48,743 nucleotides of DNA, taken from the NCBI GenBank assembly GCA_000388065.2, contig KB932201.1. The stretch is one strand, 5' to 3'. Positions 23,975 to 36,102 of the stretch are shown piece by piece. Position 1 is the first letter of the stretch. Each line of letters begins with the position of its first letter. The notes beneath the pieces were generated by a model that saw only the letters and a list, made by a program, of their open reading frames with translations, searched no databases and had not been told where the DNA came from. Source of the stretch: Fonticula alba ATCC 38817. Taxonomy: Eukaryota; Protista; Nucleariida. The position numbers and the translations under genes are program-made.

Positions 23975-25598
23975 CGTCTTTTTAAGGTTGCCTCCCCACG
24001 AGAGCGGGGGGGGGGGGGGGGGGGTTCGTCCCACATCATGGCTCGCTATTTTATCCTGCCGGGGACTGGGCCGCCCTGCCGAGCTCCGATCGGTTCGCCT
24101 GCGAGGCGGGGATAGGGGGANNNNNNNNNNNNNNNNNNNNNNNNNNNNNNNNNNNNNNNNNNNNNNNNNNNNNNNNNNNNNNNNNNNNNNNNNNNNNNNN
24201 NNNNNNNNNNNNNNNNNNNNNNNNNNNNNNNNNNNNNNNNNNNNNNNNNNNNNNNNNNNNNNNNNNNNNNNNNNNNNNNNNNNNNNNNNNNNNNNNNNNN
24301 NNNNNNNNNNNNNNNNNNNNNNNNNNNNNNNNNNNNNNNNNNNNNNNNNNNNNNNNNNNNNNNNNNNNNNNNNNNNNNNNNNNNNNNNNNNNNNNNNNNN
24401 NNNNNNNNNNNNNNNNNNNNNNNNNNNNNNNNNNNNNNNNNNNNNNNNNNNNNNNNNNNNNNNNNNNNNNNNNNNNNNNNNNNNNNNNNNNNNNNNNNNN
24501 NNNNNNNNNNNNNNNNNNNNNNNNNNNNNNNNNNNNNNNNNNNNNNNNNNNNNNNNNNNNNNNNNNNNNNNNNNNNNNNNNNNNNNNNNNNNNNNNNNNN
24601 NNNNNNNNNNNNNNNNNNNNNNNNNNNNNNNNNNNNNNNNNNNNNNNNNNNNNNNNNNNNNNNNNNNNNNNNNNNNNNNNNNNNNNNNNNNNNNNNNNNN
24701 NNNNNNNNNNGGGGCACGGCGCCACAAAGATAGGCAGCAGCGGCTGTAATTTGGCCCACCCCTTGGTCTGGCCCTCTCGGGCACGCCCATGGGACAAGCA
24801 AGACCCGGCGTTCTTGGGTGTGCACACACATATATACTCGAGGGCATAATCTTCGGCCCGCTGGAGAGATAATTTGGCTCCAACACCTGCGGGAGAGAGG
24901 GGCCCGGGGCTTCCGGGTGAAGTTGTGTTCTCTTGGCCGGCCGCCTTTTTCTCCGGCCGCCCCGGTGCCCAGGCGCGTGGGTTTTTCAGGGCGGCCCCCT
25001 CCCCCTGTCAGAGAGAACACGCTGCTGCGCCCGAGGATTATTATTTTCCTTTGGTGCCGCTCGCTTCGCGGACGAGGCGCCCCCCCCCCCGTCCCCCGCT
25101 GCCCCGAGTCGGGTCAGAGAGAGAGATGCAGAGAGAGAGAGAGAGAGCAATGCCCAGGTAAGATCGATCCCGGACAATCCGATACAAGGGGATGCCTGGA
25201 TGCTTTCTCCCCCCCCCCCCCCCCCCGCCCAAGTGCTGGGAGCCAGGGAGAGGGGCCCAAGCCTGGCCCAGCCGCACAGGCCCGCTGGTGCGCGGGGCGA
25301 AAAGCAAGCGCAGATATCGCGCCCCGGCGAGGCTGGAATGTGCTTCACTGCCCGCCTCACATCCCTGCAGGGTCCGATGTTTGTCTATTAAGCGCGGGTG
25401 TCACCATCGTGCGCATATGTGTTTTCCTGTTCTCTGACTAGCCTACCGGGGGGCGGCAGGGGGGGGGGGGGAAGGGGGGGTGAAGAGGGCCAGGGCTGGG
25501 CCGAACGATACAGGCCCCCCCCCCCACCTGGATGTGAGCTGGGGCTGACCAGCTGGTAAGGCAGATCGCCCCTCGAACCAAAGAGAACAAGGGAGTAT

Positions 25599-25599
<1 letters not shown>

Positions 25600-25686
<87 letters not shown>
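25600..25686. repeat. 87-nt poly-G homopolymer
   Basis: Uninterrupted G run upstream of the myotubularin gene. Confidence 0.9.
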
Positions 25687-25687
<1 letters not shown>

Positions 25688-25932
25688 GGAGGAGGTTGCT
25701 GTCATCGTTCTTCGATCGAGTTACAGTGGACTGCTGGATCAATATCCTGAGCGGCCGCGGGGTGGACAGCGTCGGGCTCCCGGCCGCCGGATGCCGGTGG
25801 CCTCAGCAGGATTGGCATTTGGCTGGCATGTGCGAACGCGCGCACAAATGCGCGCGGGCCAGCCCCCCNNNNNNNNNNNNNNNNNNNNNNNNNNNNNNNN
25901 NNNNNNNNNNNNNNNNNNGGCTGAGCCGCTTT

Positions 25933-28900
25933 ATGGAGCAGCAGCAGCAGTCATCCGCGGCGGCGGCCCCACCGCCAGTACCGGAAGGGCTAGCCGCTGC
26001 GACGGCCATGGCTGCGCCGCCCGACCTTTCAGCCCCCCCTTCCGGGGCCGAGAGCCCACTCCTCACACCCAATGGCACCGGGCCGCGCCCTGCCGCCCAC
26101 CTGACGGACGACATCGTGGAGGATGGATTCATCCTCATGGACCGGGAATATAACCTGGATCCGGATCACACGCTTGGTATGCGCACGTCTGGTGCCGTGC
26201 CGGGATTCCCTCCTGGCCCCGGGCTCTCTGCCCCCCGATGGTTCCCTGTCTAACACGCAAATGCCCCCCCCCCCCCACCATGCCCAGGCTTGCCGCGGTC
26301 ATCCGTGGCCACGCACGATCCCCGGCTGCCGGATGACAGCCTCAGCCCCGGGAGCGGCTTCGATGATGAGCCGGAGGCTCCATACTCGGAGTCGATGCTG
26401 AGCCTGCACACGTCCCCTCGGGGATGGGGTCTAAGCCCGGCGCGCTCGCGCTCCGGCTCCTCGGCCCTGCGATCTGGCTCCAGCCGCGCTCCGAGCGGCG
26501 ACTCGCCGGCTCTCAGCGAAATCTCCTCGCGTCTGTCAAGTCAGCTGTCCCTTCAGTCTGCCGGCGAGCGGGCCGGCTCGCCGGGCTTCCTCTCCATCAG
26601 TCCGTCATCCGATGTGCTTGGCTCAGCCGGCCCCCCCGGGGGCCTGTCCAGCTCGAGCTTCCCCTCCCCGCCAGCGGAGGAGTCATTCCCACGCGACCTC
26701 TTCCGCACCAACCCCGAGCCGAATGATATGCTGTCCACCAGCACGGTCCTCGGGTCTTCGCCTCCGAGGCCGACCAATCCCTTTGTGACCCAGACCCCAG
26801 GGCCCGGGAGTTCGGGCGCCAGCACCAGTGCCGGCATCGGCACCGGCACCGGCACCGGTACCGGTCGTCTGGCCGAGCCCGATGCCTCTACTCTCCACCT
26901 GACCAACGCCCACCCGTATGCCGGCCAGCAGCATCATGCCTACCACAGTCACCATCAAAGTCCGCACCATCTCCTTCATGACAACCATCTGCCCCCCGCC
27001 GCGTGTTCGAGCACCGGCGGCGAGCGCCCGGCTGCCGTTGGGCCACAATGCCGGTTGCCGGAACGCAAGCACCAGCACACCCAGCTGGCCGAAGCCATCT
27101 TCTACCGGCACCTGATGCGCAGCCCGACCAGCTTCGACGGCCCGTATCTCCTGCCGGGCGAGTATCTCATCGTCCAGCGTGCGCAGCCATCCCCTCCCCT
27201 CGCCCGCACCCCTCCCCGGCTCCTTCGCCTTGGTGCTTCTTTTCCATATGCCCCGCCTCCCTGCTCACCTTCTTCCTTTCCTCCTCAACAACGGACAGTC
27301 CATTCGGTCATTTTCCAGAACCTCAACCAGCAAATCACCCAGGTGGGCAAGCTGTATGTCTCCTCGGTGCATCTCTTCTTCGCGGATGCCGAGTCCGACA
27401 CCCGCCAGCAGCTGATCCACTCGGCCCTGGACCCGATGCACTTCCCCAACCGCCGGACCTTCGAGGCTACTCGGGCCATCCTGATCAACCGCAGCATGCG
27501 GCGCATTCCGCATGCGCTGATTCGCTTTGTGTCGGATCAGGGGGAGATCCGGCTGGTGGACTCGCGGCGCTTTTTCATCATGTCCCACGGGAATGACTGG
27601 ATCCTCCAGTACCTGCGCAAGATGGCCTTCAACCAAGCCGGCACGCGGCCGGCTCTGGCCCAAATGCCGGCGACCGGCGTCGGTGCCGCCGCCGGGGGGT
27701 CTCTCGGTGGTGGTCCGGGAAGCAGCTCGTCCCTCGGTGGTGGTGGTGGTAGTGGCGGCAGCGGCACGCCCGCCGGCACCGGTCCCGGCGGTGTGTGGGC
27801 CCGCGGAGCCGGCAGTCCCCACATGATGGCGGATGTCCCGGGGTCCGGGCCTGGCGCGGGTGCACCTCTCGGCGGGGAGGGGTCTGGCGGCTGCGCCTCC
27901 GGCGGCATGTCCCTCGGATCGCCGCAGTTCGCCCAAGATCCGGCCCCAGGGTCGGAGTACTGCTTTGTCGAGCTGCCTGGAGCCCTGCCCGCCCTGGCAA
28001 CGGGCACCCTGCCAGGTGGACGCGATGTCCTGGCCCACCGGAGCTCTCTGCATTTCGAGCAGGATGCCTTCAACTTCGACCTGCGATTTGCCTACCTCTA
28101 CTGTCGGATGGGCATCCTCCGGTATTGGGAGCAGGTGGCCTCGCCGGGGCCCTTCCTGGGCAGTGGTGGAATTGGTGGCCCCGGATCCGGAGGTCCCGGA
28201 GCCGCGGCTGCCTGCTCGGTCCCGGCGCCGCATCCCGGCCAGAACAATCACCTCCTGGGGGTGGACTTGGCTGGGCCGGCGGGCGGGTCGGCCGCGACTG
28301 CGGCGGCTCCCCCCGGGGCCGACCCCGACCGGCCGGGGCTGGTCACCTACATGTCGGTGACCACCACGCGCGAGGCCCTGCTGGTGGCCAGCTTCAGCAG
28401 TTGCTGGTCGCCGGATGTGGCCGAAGCGTCGGACTACCGGTGCACGGCCTGCATGCACCGGCCCTGCTCGGGCTGCATGCGTGATTTGCTGGAGGAGCAC
28501 CCGGACCTGGGGGACCGGCATCCGGCGGTCCTGGACCAGATTTACGACTTCCAAGATCCGCCGCTGGAGCTCCTGGAATCGGTGGACGCCCCGAGCAGTG
28601 ACCCTTGGCGCGGGGCCCCCGGCGACTATGGCTGGCGCCTGTACAATCCCCAGCGCGAGCTAAATCGCTTGCTCTCGCGCGTGCCGCCGCACGCCAACAA
28701 TCGCTTTGCCCTGCATAGCATCGAGTATGCGGCTCTCGAGCCGGCTGCCCCGACTGCGACGGAGGCCGGTGCCAATGGGGCGCCCGACACCACCACCACC
28801 ACCACCCCCGGCATGCTGGCCGGTCCGGGAGGGATATCGGCTTCCATCGGGGGCTCCTCCTCCTCGGGCGGCGCCTCCTCCTCCTTGTCTTCGCCTTCCT

Positions 28901-31502
28901 TCGCTTCCTCGGCCGGCTCCTCTGCCTCTTCTTCCTCCTCTGCCGGTGGCCCGATTGTGCTCGCCGCGCCGGGGTCAGCCCCGGCAGACTGCCTTGACCC
29001 GAAGGTTTCGGCATCGGACTCGCAGCTGCTGGCCGCGGCGGAGACCTCCTTCCAGCAGCCCCACTCGGCCGACTGTCGTGTGTCCCTGTGTGACACGTAC
29101 CCTCCGCGTGTGGTGTTGCCGTCCTTCGTGCCGACTGGGCCGCACTTCACGCCAACCGCCGCGGCCGGCCGGGGCAGTCGACTGACCGGCGACCAGGCGG
29201 TCACCTTCGGCGGGTTTGTCTTCAGCCCGGCAGCCTTGGCGGCGGGTGCCAGCACGGCGGCCGGCTCGGGGGCCGGTTCGGCGGCCTCCGGGTCCAGTGC
29301 TCCCGGCACCCCTGGGGGCCCTCCCTCGAATGCCCCCTCGCCGGCTTTCCATTCGCCGGGGAATCCGTCCGGCCTGCCGGAATTGGCGTCCGTGGCAACG
29401 ATGGCCCGTTCGGCGGCGCAATTCCGCTCGCGTGGTCGCCTGCCCGTGGTCACCTGGGTGTCGCCAGCCGGTGTGGCCCTGGCCCGAGCGTCGCAGCCGA
29501 TGTCCGGGATGTTTGCGTCGCGCAGTGTCGGCGACGAGGCTCTCTGCTCGGCGCTGGTAGATGCGGCGGCTGTGGCGCAGGCCGACCGGCGGGCCGCCTG
29601 GCCACAGGAATTCGGCCCCGTGCGGTTGGTGGTTGGCCCGGCCCCGGGCCGGGTGCTGGACTTTGACAATTCGGACTTCGCCCCGTCGTCGCACTCATCG
29701 GCGGCCAACATCCTGCGTGGGGCGCTGGCGTCATTGACCTCGTCGGCCGGATCGGCCACCGGGGCCGGGTCGGCTGCCGGGCGCGGCTCGGCCTCCACAC
29801 AGGCCGCCAAGCGGGTGGTCTACTCGCCGCATGGGCGCCTACCACAGGCATCGGTAGAGCCGCCCTTCGGGGAAGCGGGCGTGCGCGCGATCCCCGGAGA
29901 TTCGACAGCGGCGGCTGCCGCAACGGCCGCCACCGCCATGGCGGCGGCCACGGTGGCCGAGACGGCGGTCGTGCCGGCGACTCCCATCCCCGGGCTCTTC
30001 ATTTTGGACGCGCGGCCGATGTTGACCATGTACTTCCATCGTGCCAAGGGCTTTGGAGCCGAGTCACCGCAGTACTACGGCGCGGATGTGGTCTTCGGGG
30101 GCATTGGTGCGTGACATCACCTCGGGGGGCAATGTTGTGGGGGCGCACGGTCCAAGGCCAGGGGGGCTTTGTGCTGGTCTTTGTGCCGGCTGGCCTTCTT
30201 CTGGCCGCCTGCCCCATTCCTTCCCTCCTTCCTTCCTTCCTTCCTTCCTTCAGGCCACTGCCGTCGGAGCCGCCATTTCCCGTTGCTGACTCACCTTTCC
30301 GCGATGAATGCTTGTCGGGATGCTGCGGCCGCTGCTGCCGGCCATGTATGTGTGCATGCGCCACTGCAGGCAATGTGCAGGTAGTGGCCGGCGCATACCG
30401 GCAAATGCGCCTGGCGGCCTTGCAAAAGGCCCCCACCTTTGAGCAGGTCCTGTCGGCGGCCGAGCCGTGGCTGGCTCTGATGGCGCGGATCCTGGCCTCG
30501 GCTCACCAGGTCCAGCGGCGGATTCTGCGCGGCCGGTCGACCCTGGTCCATTGCTCGGACGGGTGGGACCGGACGCCGCAGGTTTCCTCATTGGCCACCC
30601 TGTCGATGGATGGCTTCCACCGGACGTTGGAGGGGTTCGCGGTGCTGGTCGAGCGCGAGTGGGCCTGGCACGGGCATCAATTTGAGCTGCGCAATGGCCA
30701 TGCCAATGAGGGCGCCTACACGGATGCCGAATGTGCCCCGATCTTCCTGCAGTGGCTGGACGCGGTGTTCCAGTTGGTCCGGTGCTATCCCGATCGGTTT
30801 GAGTTCACCGAGCGTGCGCTGCTGGCCATCGAGCGGGAGATTTACGCCTGCCGGACGGGGACCTTCCGCCAGGACAACCTCCGGCAGCGCTTCTGCCTGA
30901 GTCCCTTCTCGGCGTCGGTGTCCGGAAGCGAGGCCGACGGCAAGTCGAATGCCGACCAGGCTGCTGGTGGCTGTGGCGTTGGGGGCTTTGCGGCCGGCAG
31001 CGGGGGCAGTGGCGCCGGCGACTCGACCGCCCATTCTCAGAAGGCCGATCCGATGGCCCGGCTGGACCCGGCGCATGGGGCCTGTTGCAGCCGGGCGCGG
31101 GAGCTCTCGCGCCAGTCGTCGCAGCTGATGGCCGACTCGGAAACCGGCATGCCCGGGCGCTCCCTCAGCGTGTGGACCCTGCTGGTGGATGCGGTGCGAG
31201 CGGGCTATGGCGGGCCGCATGCCTTCCTGAATCCGCGATTCCGGTCAGATCGGGAGCTGGTCCCCGAGGCCGAGCCGCTGGACCTCGGTGTGCTGGCCCA
31301 CCCGCGAGCCTTGGGCATTTGGCAGGCGGTGCACTTGCGACACTCGCCCCTGCGTAAGGAGCCCTCAACCGGGGAATTGGATGGCATGTTGAAGCGCGCT
31401 CGGAATGTCCCCCGGCTGCTGATGGATTCCATGCACCTGGATGAGCGGGACGATCTGTATGAGTATCTGGTTAGCCAGTTTTTCCTGCCCCCGCCTTCCT
31501 GA
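25933..31502 (+). CDS. Myotubularin-family PI3P/PI(3,5)P2 3-phosphatase, catalytically intact, with GRAM-like region and very large inserts
   Basis: GRAM-like LPGEYL...GKLYVSSVHLFF; GWRLYNP..ELNR; LCDTYPPRVVLP; FRSRGRLPVVTW; ILDARP; HCSDGWDRTPQVSSL (30549-30575, CX5R); VEREWAWHGHQF; PIFLQWLDAVFQL..YPDRFEFTE. Introns 26177-26287, probably 27179-27298, and 30107-30369. The ATG lies just after an N-gap, so the start is uncertain. Confidence 0.94.
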
Positions 31503-32713
31503 GGGTGGGTGTGGGTTCCTTGCCACCCTTCCTTCGGTGTCCCTCCCTCCCTCGGCCGGACGTGTGTGCGCCGCCACATTTCGGCGCACAGGTATGTATG
31601 CGCACGTGCGAGCAAGCGAGGAGACATTCGTGCACCTCCCCCTCCCTGAGTCCTTGACATCTGCCTGCAGCGCAGACGATAATAGAATATGCTGCATTGT
31701 TGGTGTCCCCCCTCCTCTCGCCCCTCCCTCCGAGGAAAAAAAAAAAAAGGAAAAGAAAACCCCACGACTTGCTTCCCTGTCTTCCCCCCATCCACTGAGC
31801 TGGCAGCATACCCCATGTCTTCGGGGGGGGGNNNNNNNNNNNNNNNNNNNNNNNNNNNNNNNNNNNNNNNNNNNNNNNNNNNCCCCCCTCCTCTCGCCCC
31901 TCCCTCCGAGGAAAAAAAAAACAAAGAGAAGCCCCCCCTGGGCTACACCGCCTCTTCCCCCCATCCACAGAGCGGGCAGCAGAACCCAGGTCTTCGGGGG
32001 GGGGGGGGGGGGTGGTGGGGTGGGGGGATAACATGGATGGGACAAAGGACGGGTGCGCCATTGATGTATGTTCCCCCTCCCTTCGCGCTCGCCTGTGCGC
32101 GTATGGTGGGGGTGCACAGTCCAGGCGGCATCAGCGGAAATCCTTTCCTTGGGATCTAGTTTTCTTCCGGGATGGGGAGGGGGGAGATTTGTGTATTTGG
32201 CGTTTGAGGCATAGCGGGGGACCAGGCGCGCCCGTGAAGATGGCGTGGCGCCAGGGTGAATGATGGACACCGGGGGGCGCCAGTTTCCCGGACGGGCCCC
32301 GCGCGGGCGCAAAGGGACGTGGCCAGCATGGCAGGTGGGCTATGCCCGCATCCGGGGGCGGGAGGGCACACGCTTGCATGCGCGTGCGCACCCACAACCC
32401 TCCCATCCCCCGCGCAAACGGGGAGAGGGGAAGAGGGCGTGCAAGGACAGCGGACCCACGCAGGGAGGGGAGGTGGGGAGGGGACGAAGAAACACAAGGG
32501 ACGCAGAGCGAGCGTGCGAGACACAGCAAGAGGTGCCTTCTTGCGCGCGGGCGGGTGGGGGACTGGAGGGGGGGGGGAAGCGGGCCGCATGCAGAAGACC
32601 CCACTCTCGCGTGGCCCACGGGTCTCTCCCCTCTCTGGGGGCCCGAAAGGGGGGACGTCTCGCGCGTGCATACACACATACACACAGGGGGGCAAAGGGG
32701 AGTGCGTGCGTGC

Positions 32714-33357
32714 TTAGATGTCGTCGATGTCGTCGGAGTCGATGTCGAAGTCGACGTCCTCGTCGGTATCCGGCTCGTCAGCGCCAACGTTGGCCTCATT
32801 GATGCGGATGGCGTCGGGGATCTCCTTGTTCTGCTTGAGCTTGCGGGCCTCCTCGACGGAGTACTTCAGGATGACGTCAGCCTTGTCGTCCTGGAAGTCG
32901 CGCAGGGAGATGAGCACGATGTCACCAACGTTGATCCAGACCTGGGAGCGGCGGCGCGAAGGGACGTAGGGAGCGCATGTGTGCGAGCGTGTGTGTGTGT
33001 GTGCGTGGGNNNNNNNNNNNNNNNNNNNNNNNNNNNNNNNNNNNNNNNNNNNNNNNNNNNNNNNNNNNNNNNNNNNNNNNNNNNNNNNNNNNNNNNNNNN
33101 NNNNNNNNNNNNNNNNNNNNNNNNGGGGGGGGGGGGGGAGGGCGCGCACCTTCTTGCGCATCTTGCCACGGATGTGGCACTGGCGGGTCTTGCCACCGTC
33201 ATCCGAGAAGCAGAAAGCCTCAATACGGCCGTTGCCAAGCATCTTGGTGACCTGGGCGTACTCCTGCATCTCGTCGCGAAGGATGAGCTCGCGCTTCATG
33301 CCATCGCCGCTCTCGTTCTTTCCGCGACGACGGTTCTTACCACCCTTACCTGTGGGG

Positions 33358-33398
<41 letters not shown>

Positions 33399-33618
33399 AC
33401 GAGCGACATCATTGCACAGGGCCGGTTGTGGGGAGGGCGGTGGGACGGCGAGCGGCAGAGGGGTGTGAGTGGATGGCAGGGGAGGGTGTGCGTGCGCCAT
33501 GAGGCAGAGGGGATGGCCGATCCAGGTGCACGGGGGCCAGCGGGCGCGACGGGGCCCAGGGCGTAGCAGCAGGAGGGCGGCCTCGTTCGGCGGCCGAAAA
33601 CGCACCCTTCTTGTTCAT
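32714..33618 (-). CDS. EIF1A: Eukaryotic translation initiation factor 1A (3 exons: 33618-33606, 33349-33150, 32941-32714)
   Basis: [38 protein letters not shown]|[27 protein letters not shown], acidic tail ending DIDDI*. Confidence 0.98.
33364..33396. repeat. (GGC)11 trinucleotide repeat in eIF1A intron 1
   Basis: Directly visible. Confidence 0.9.
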
Positions 33619-34004
33619 GATGGAGTTCGAGCGAGTGTGCGTTTGGGGGAGGTGGGAGGTGCAAAAGGTGCGGGGGGCGGGGGGAGGGAGGAATAAAGGA
33701 GCTCAAGGGAGGGAGATCGCCGAGAGCGTTTTTTCGGGAGGGTGGCTAGGTGCCACCCGGCGGAGCAGCCCGCCGGCGCCTCTTGTGTCTCGGCAGGCGT
33801 TGGATGGGACTCGGGGAAAAGGATGGACTGGACCGCGTGCGCCCCACCCCCAGGGCCGCGTCACAGTTCCCCCTCCCCCCCACCCCCCGGAAGACACACA
33901 CGCACACACACACGCGGTGGGAGCCTCCGGGCGACCCGCGGTTCCCGCCGGTGGCCCCCCCCCTCCGGTGCCGCCACTTCGCCTGGACGCTAGAGCGAGA
34001 GGCC

Positions 34005-34038
<34 letters not shown>

Positions 34039-35595
34039 TAGGGCGGGTGTACGAGGAAGATGGGTGGCCAACCCGGGCCGGTCCGGCCTACGTGCAAGGC
34101 GCGCGCGCTCTGTCCCTTTGTCCCGCTGGGAAGGCCGGGGAGTGGAGCGCGGCTTGCGCTCCCCCAACCCCACCCCGGTGTCCGGGGGCGCGCCTGCCCC
34201 TGGCGATAAGGAGGATGCGCACGGTCCGGGTCCCGGGCGAGCGGGCGGCCGTGCGTGCATTCTCCCCGCCCGGCGGGAAGGAGGGGGCCTGTTGCCTGCA
34301 ACGTCCGGCGCGCGCGCGCGGAGCCGGCGGCCTCCGGGAGCGATGGAGGCCACAAGGGCGAGGCGTCTCGGATGCCCTGTTGTGCCCACTCTCGTTCTCG
34401 TGTCACACAGTAAAGGGCCCTCTCTCCCTGCTGGGCGGGCCGAAAGTTCCTGTGCCCGGAGACGAGACCAAGCCGGGGAAGCGTAATACCCTAGTGCGCG
34501 TGGGTGCGGCAGGGCCGAGGCTGGAGCCAGATCACAAGAGGGTGGAGAACCAGTGAGCGGGCCCGGGTGCTCGTGGCGCAATCTGAAGCAATCCGGACCG
34601 GGGGCCCCGGGGCTGGCGACGACTCTGGCAGCACGAGAATCAGCACGGCCCTGGGCGGCCCAGGGGCGGTTTATCCGTGGGCGCCCTGCCCCGAACGTGA
34701 GTGCTGCCAGAACGAGCGGCTGCCGGCCGGGGGCTCACGCCCCCAGCGAATCACGGCGACACGAGGATGCTACTCGAAATGACATTCGGTGTCTCCATGT
34801 TCAGGACTGTCAATTCCCGAGATGGGGTTCCCGCGCGCCCTTCCCCGGCCTTCTCTCCGCCAGGGATGGTGTGGGGGGGGGGGGGTATTGATGGCGGACG
34901 GGATGACGATACTGCGGCCTGGCCACCCGAGGGGGGGGGGAGCCGGTTCGTGCCCGGAACGGCATGGTAATGGGCTGTGTTGTGTGGGAAGCTCCTTATG
35001 GGCCCTCCCCTGCCGCGGAGAGGGCGAGACATCTCGACGGCCCCGTGCGCGACCGGCGCGGTGTTTTTCTTTCGGCGTGTCTCCCGGGGGGGCCGGGCCG
35101 TTGAAGGTCGAATGTGGCCCTCGGGTGCGGGCGCGTCGCTGCCCGCGGGGAAGGGCGATGGCGTGTGGGGCTGTGGCCGCGCGCCCGGCTTTCCCTCCTT
35201 CTCTCTCGCCCTCTCTCTTGGTCTCTCTCTCTCTCTCTCTCTCTCCCTGCGTCTCGCGGTCAGATTGATGGCTGGAGAACACCGGGGCAGGCGCCGGGGG
35301 GAGGAGGGGGCCCGTCCTGCGCCGGCCGGAGGACAGCCGCACGCTGCCCGTTCTTGTCCGAGTGGCAGGCCCGCCTCCCCGCGTTCGCCCTCTCGGCGGT
35401 GGGGCTCTGCGCTCCGGCCCCCGCCGGGTGTCTTCCCTTCTTCCGGGCGCCCCGAGGGTGGGGCCTGGCCCGGGGACTGGCACACAGGCCGAGTATTTAA
35501 GGGGGCCCGGACTGGGCCACCACCATCGGGCCGGCAGCATCACGCCGTTTTCCGAGCCTCCCTTCCTCTCCTCCTCCACACGCCTCTCCTTGCGA

Positions 35596-35627
<32 letters not shown>

Positions 35628-36102
35628 ATCTCCTTTCTGTGCGCGTGCAAAGGCCTCTCCTCCCTGCAGAGAGACCCCATCCCCCCTCGCGCTCGGGCCT
35701 GCTCTCTCTCTCTCCCTCTCTCTGCCGCTCCTTCCTCGTCTCTCATCGGGAGTAGACGGAACAGCCGCGCCCTGTGGAGCCCCACTGTGCTGCCCCTCCC
35801 CCTCCCTCTCGGCCGCGCGGCCCGCCACGTACACTGCGCGCCCTTGCGCGAGCGCGCCCTTCACCGCCAGGCTGCGCCTCCGCTTCCCCTCCAAAAGAAT
35901 GCGGCGCTCCGACGACTCCGGTTCCTCCGGCATGATCAGTCTCTTTGAGTGGTCCCGGCTCATTTCCGAGGTCCCCCTCTGTTCCAGGTTCGTTGTGCCC
36001 CGCATCCTTCCCCCCCCCCTGCCAGGGGCTCCGCACTCTCGCCCTTTGTGGCGGCAAGACAGGGGAGCGCATGTCGAGAGACCGAGTGAGCGAGTACTAG
36101 TG

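Noticed and set aside
24741-24760. GGCTGTAAT resembling the fungal SRP RNA Alu start
   Set aside because: No helix-8 CAGG-GNRA-AGCAG motif or long rod structure downstream.
25388-25742. Poly-proline ORFs on the minus strand
   Set aside because: Simply the translation of the poly-G run.
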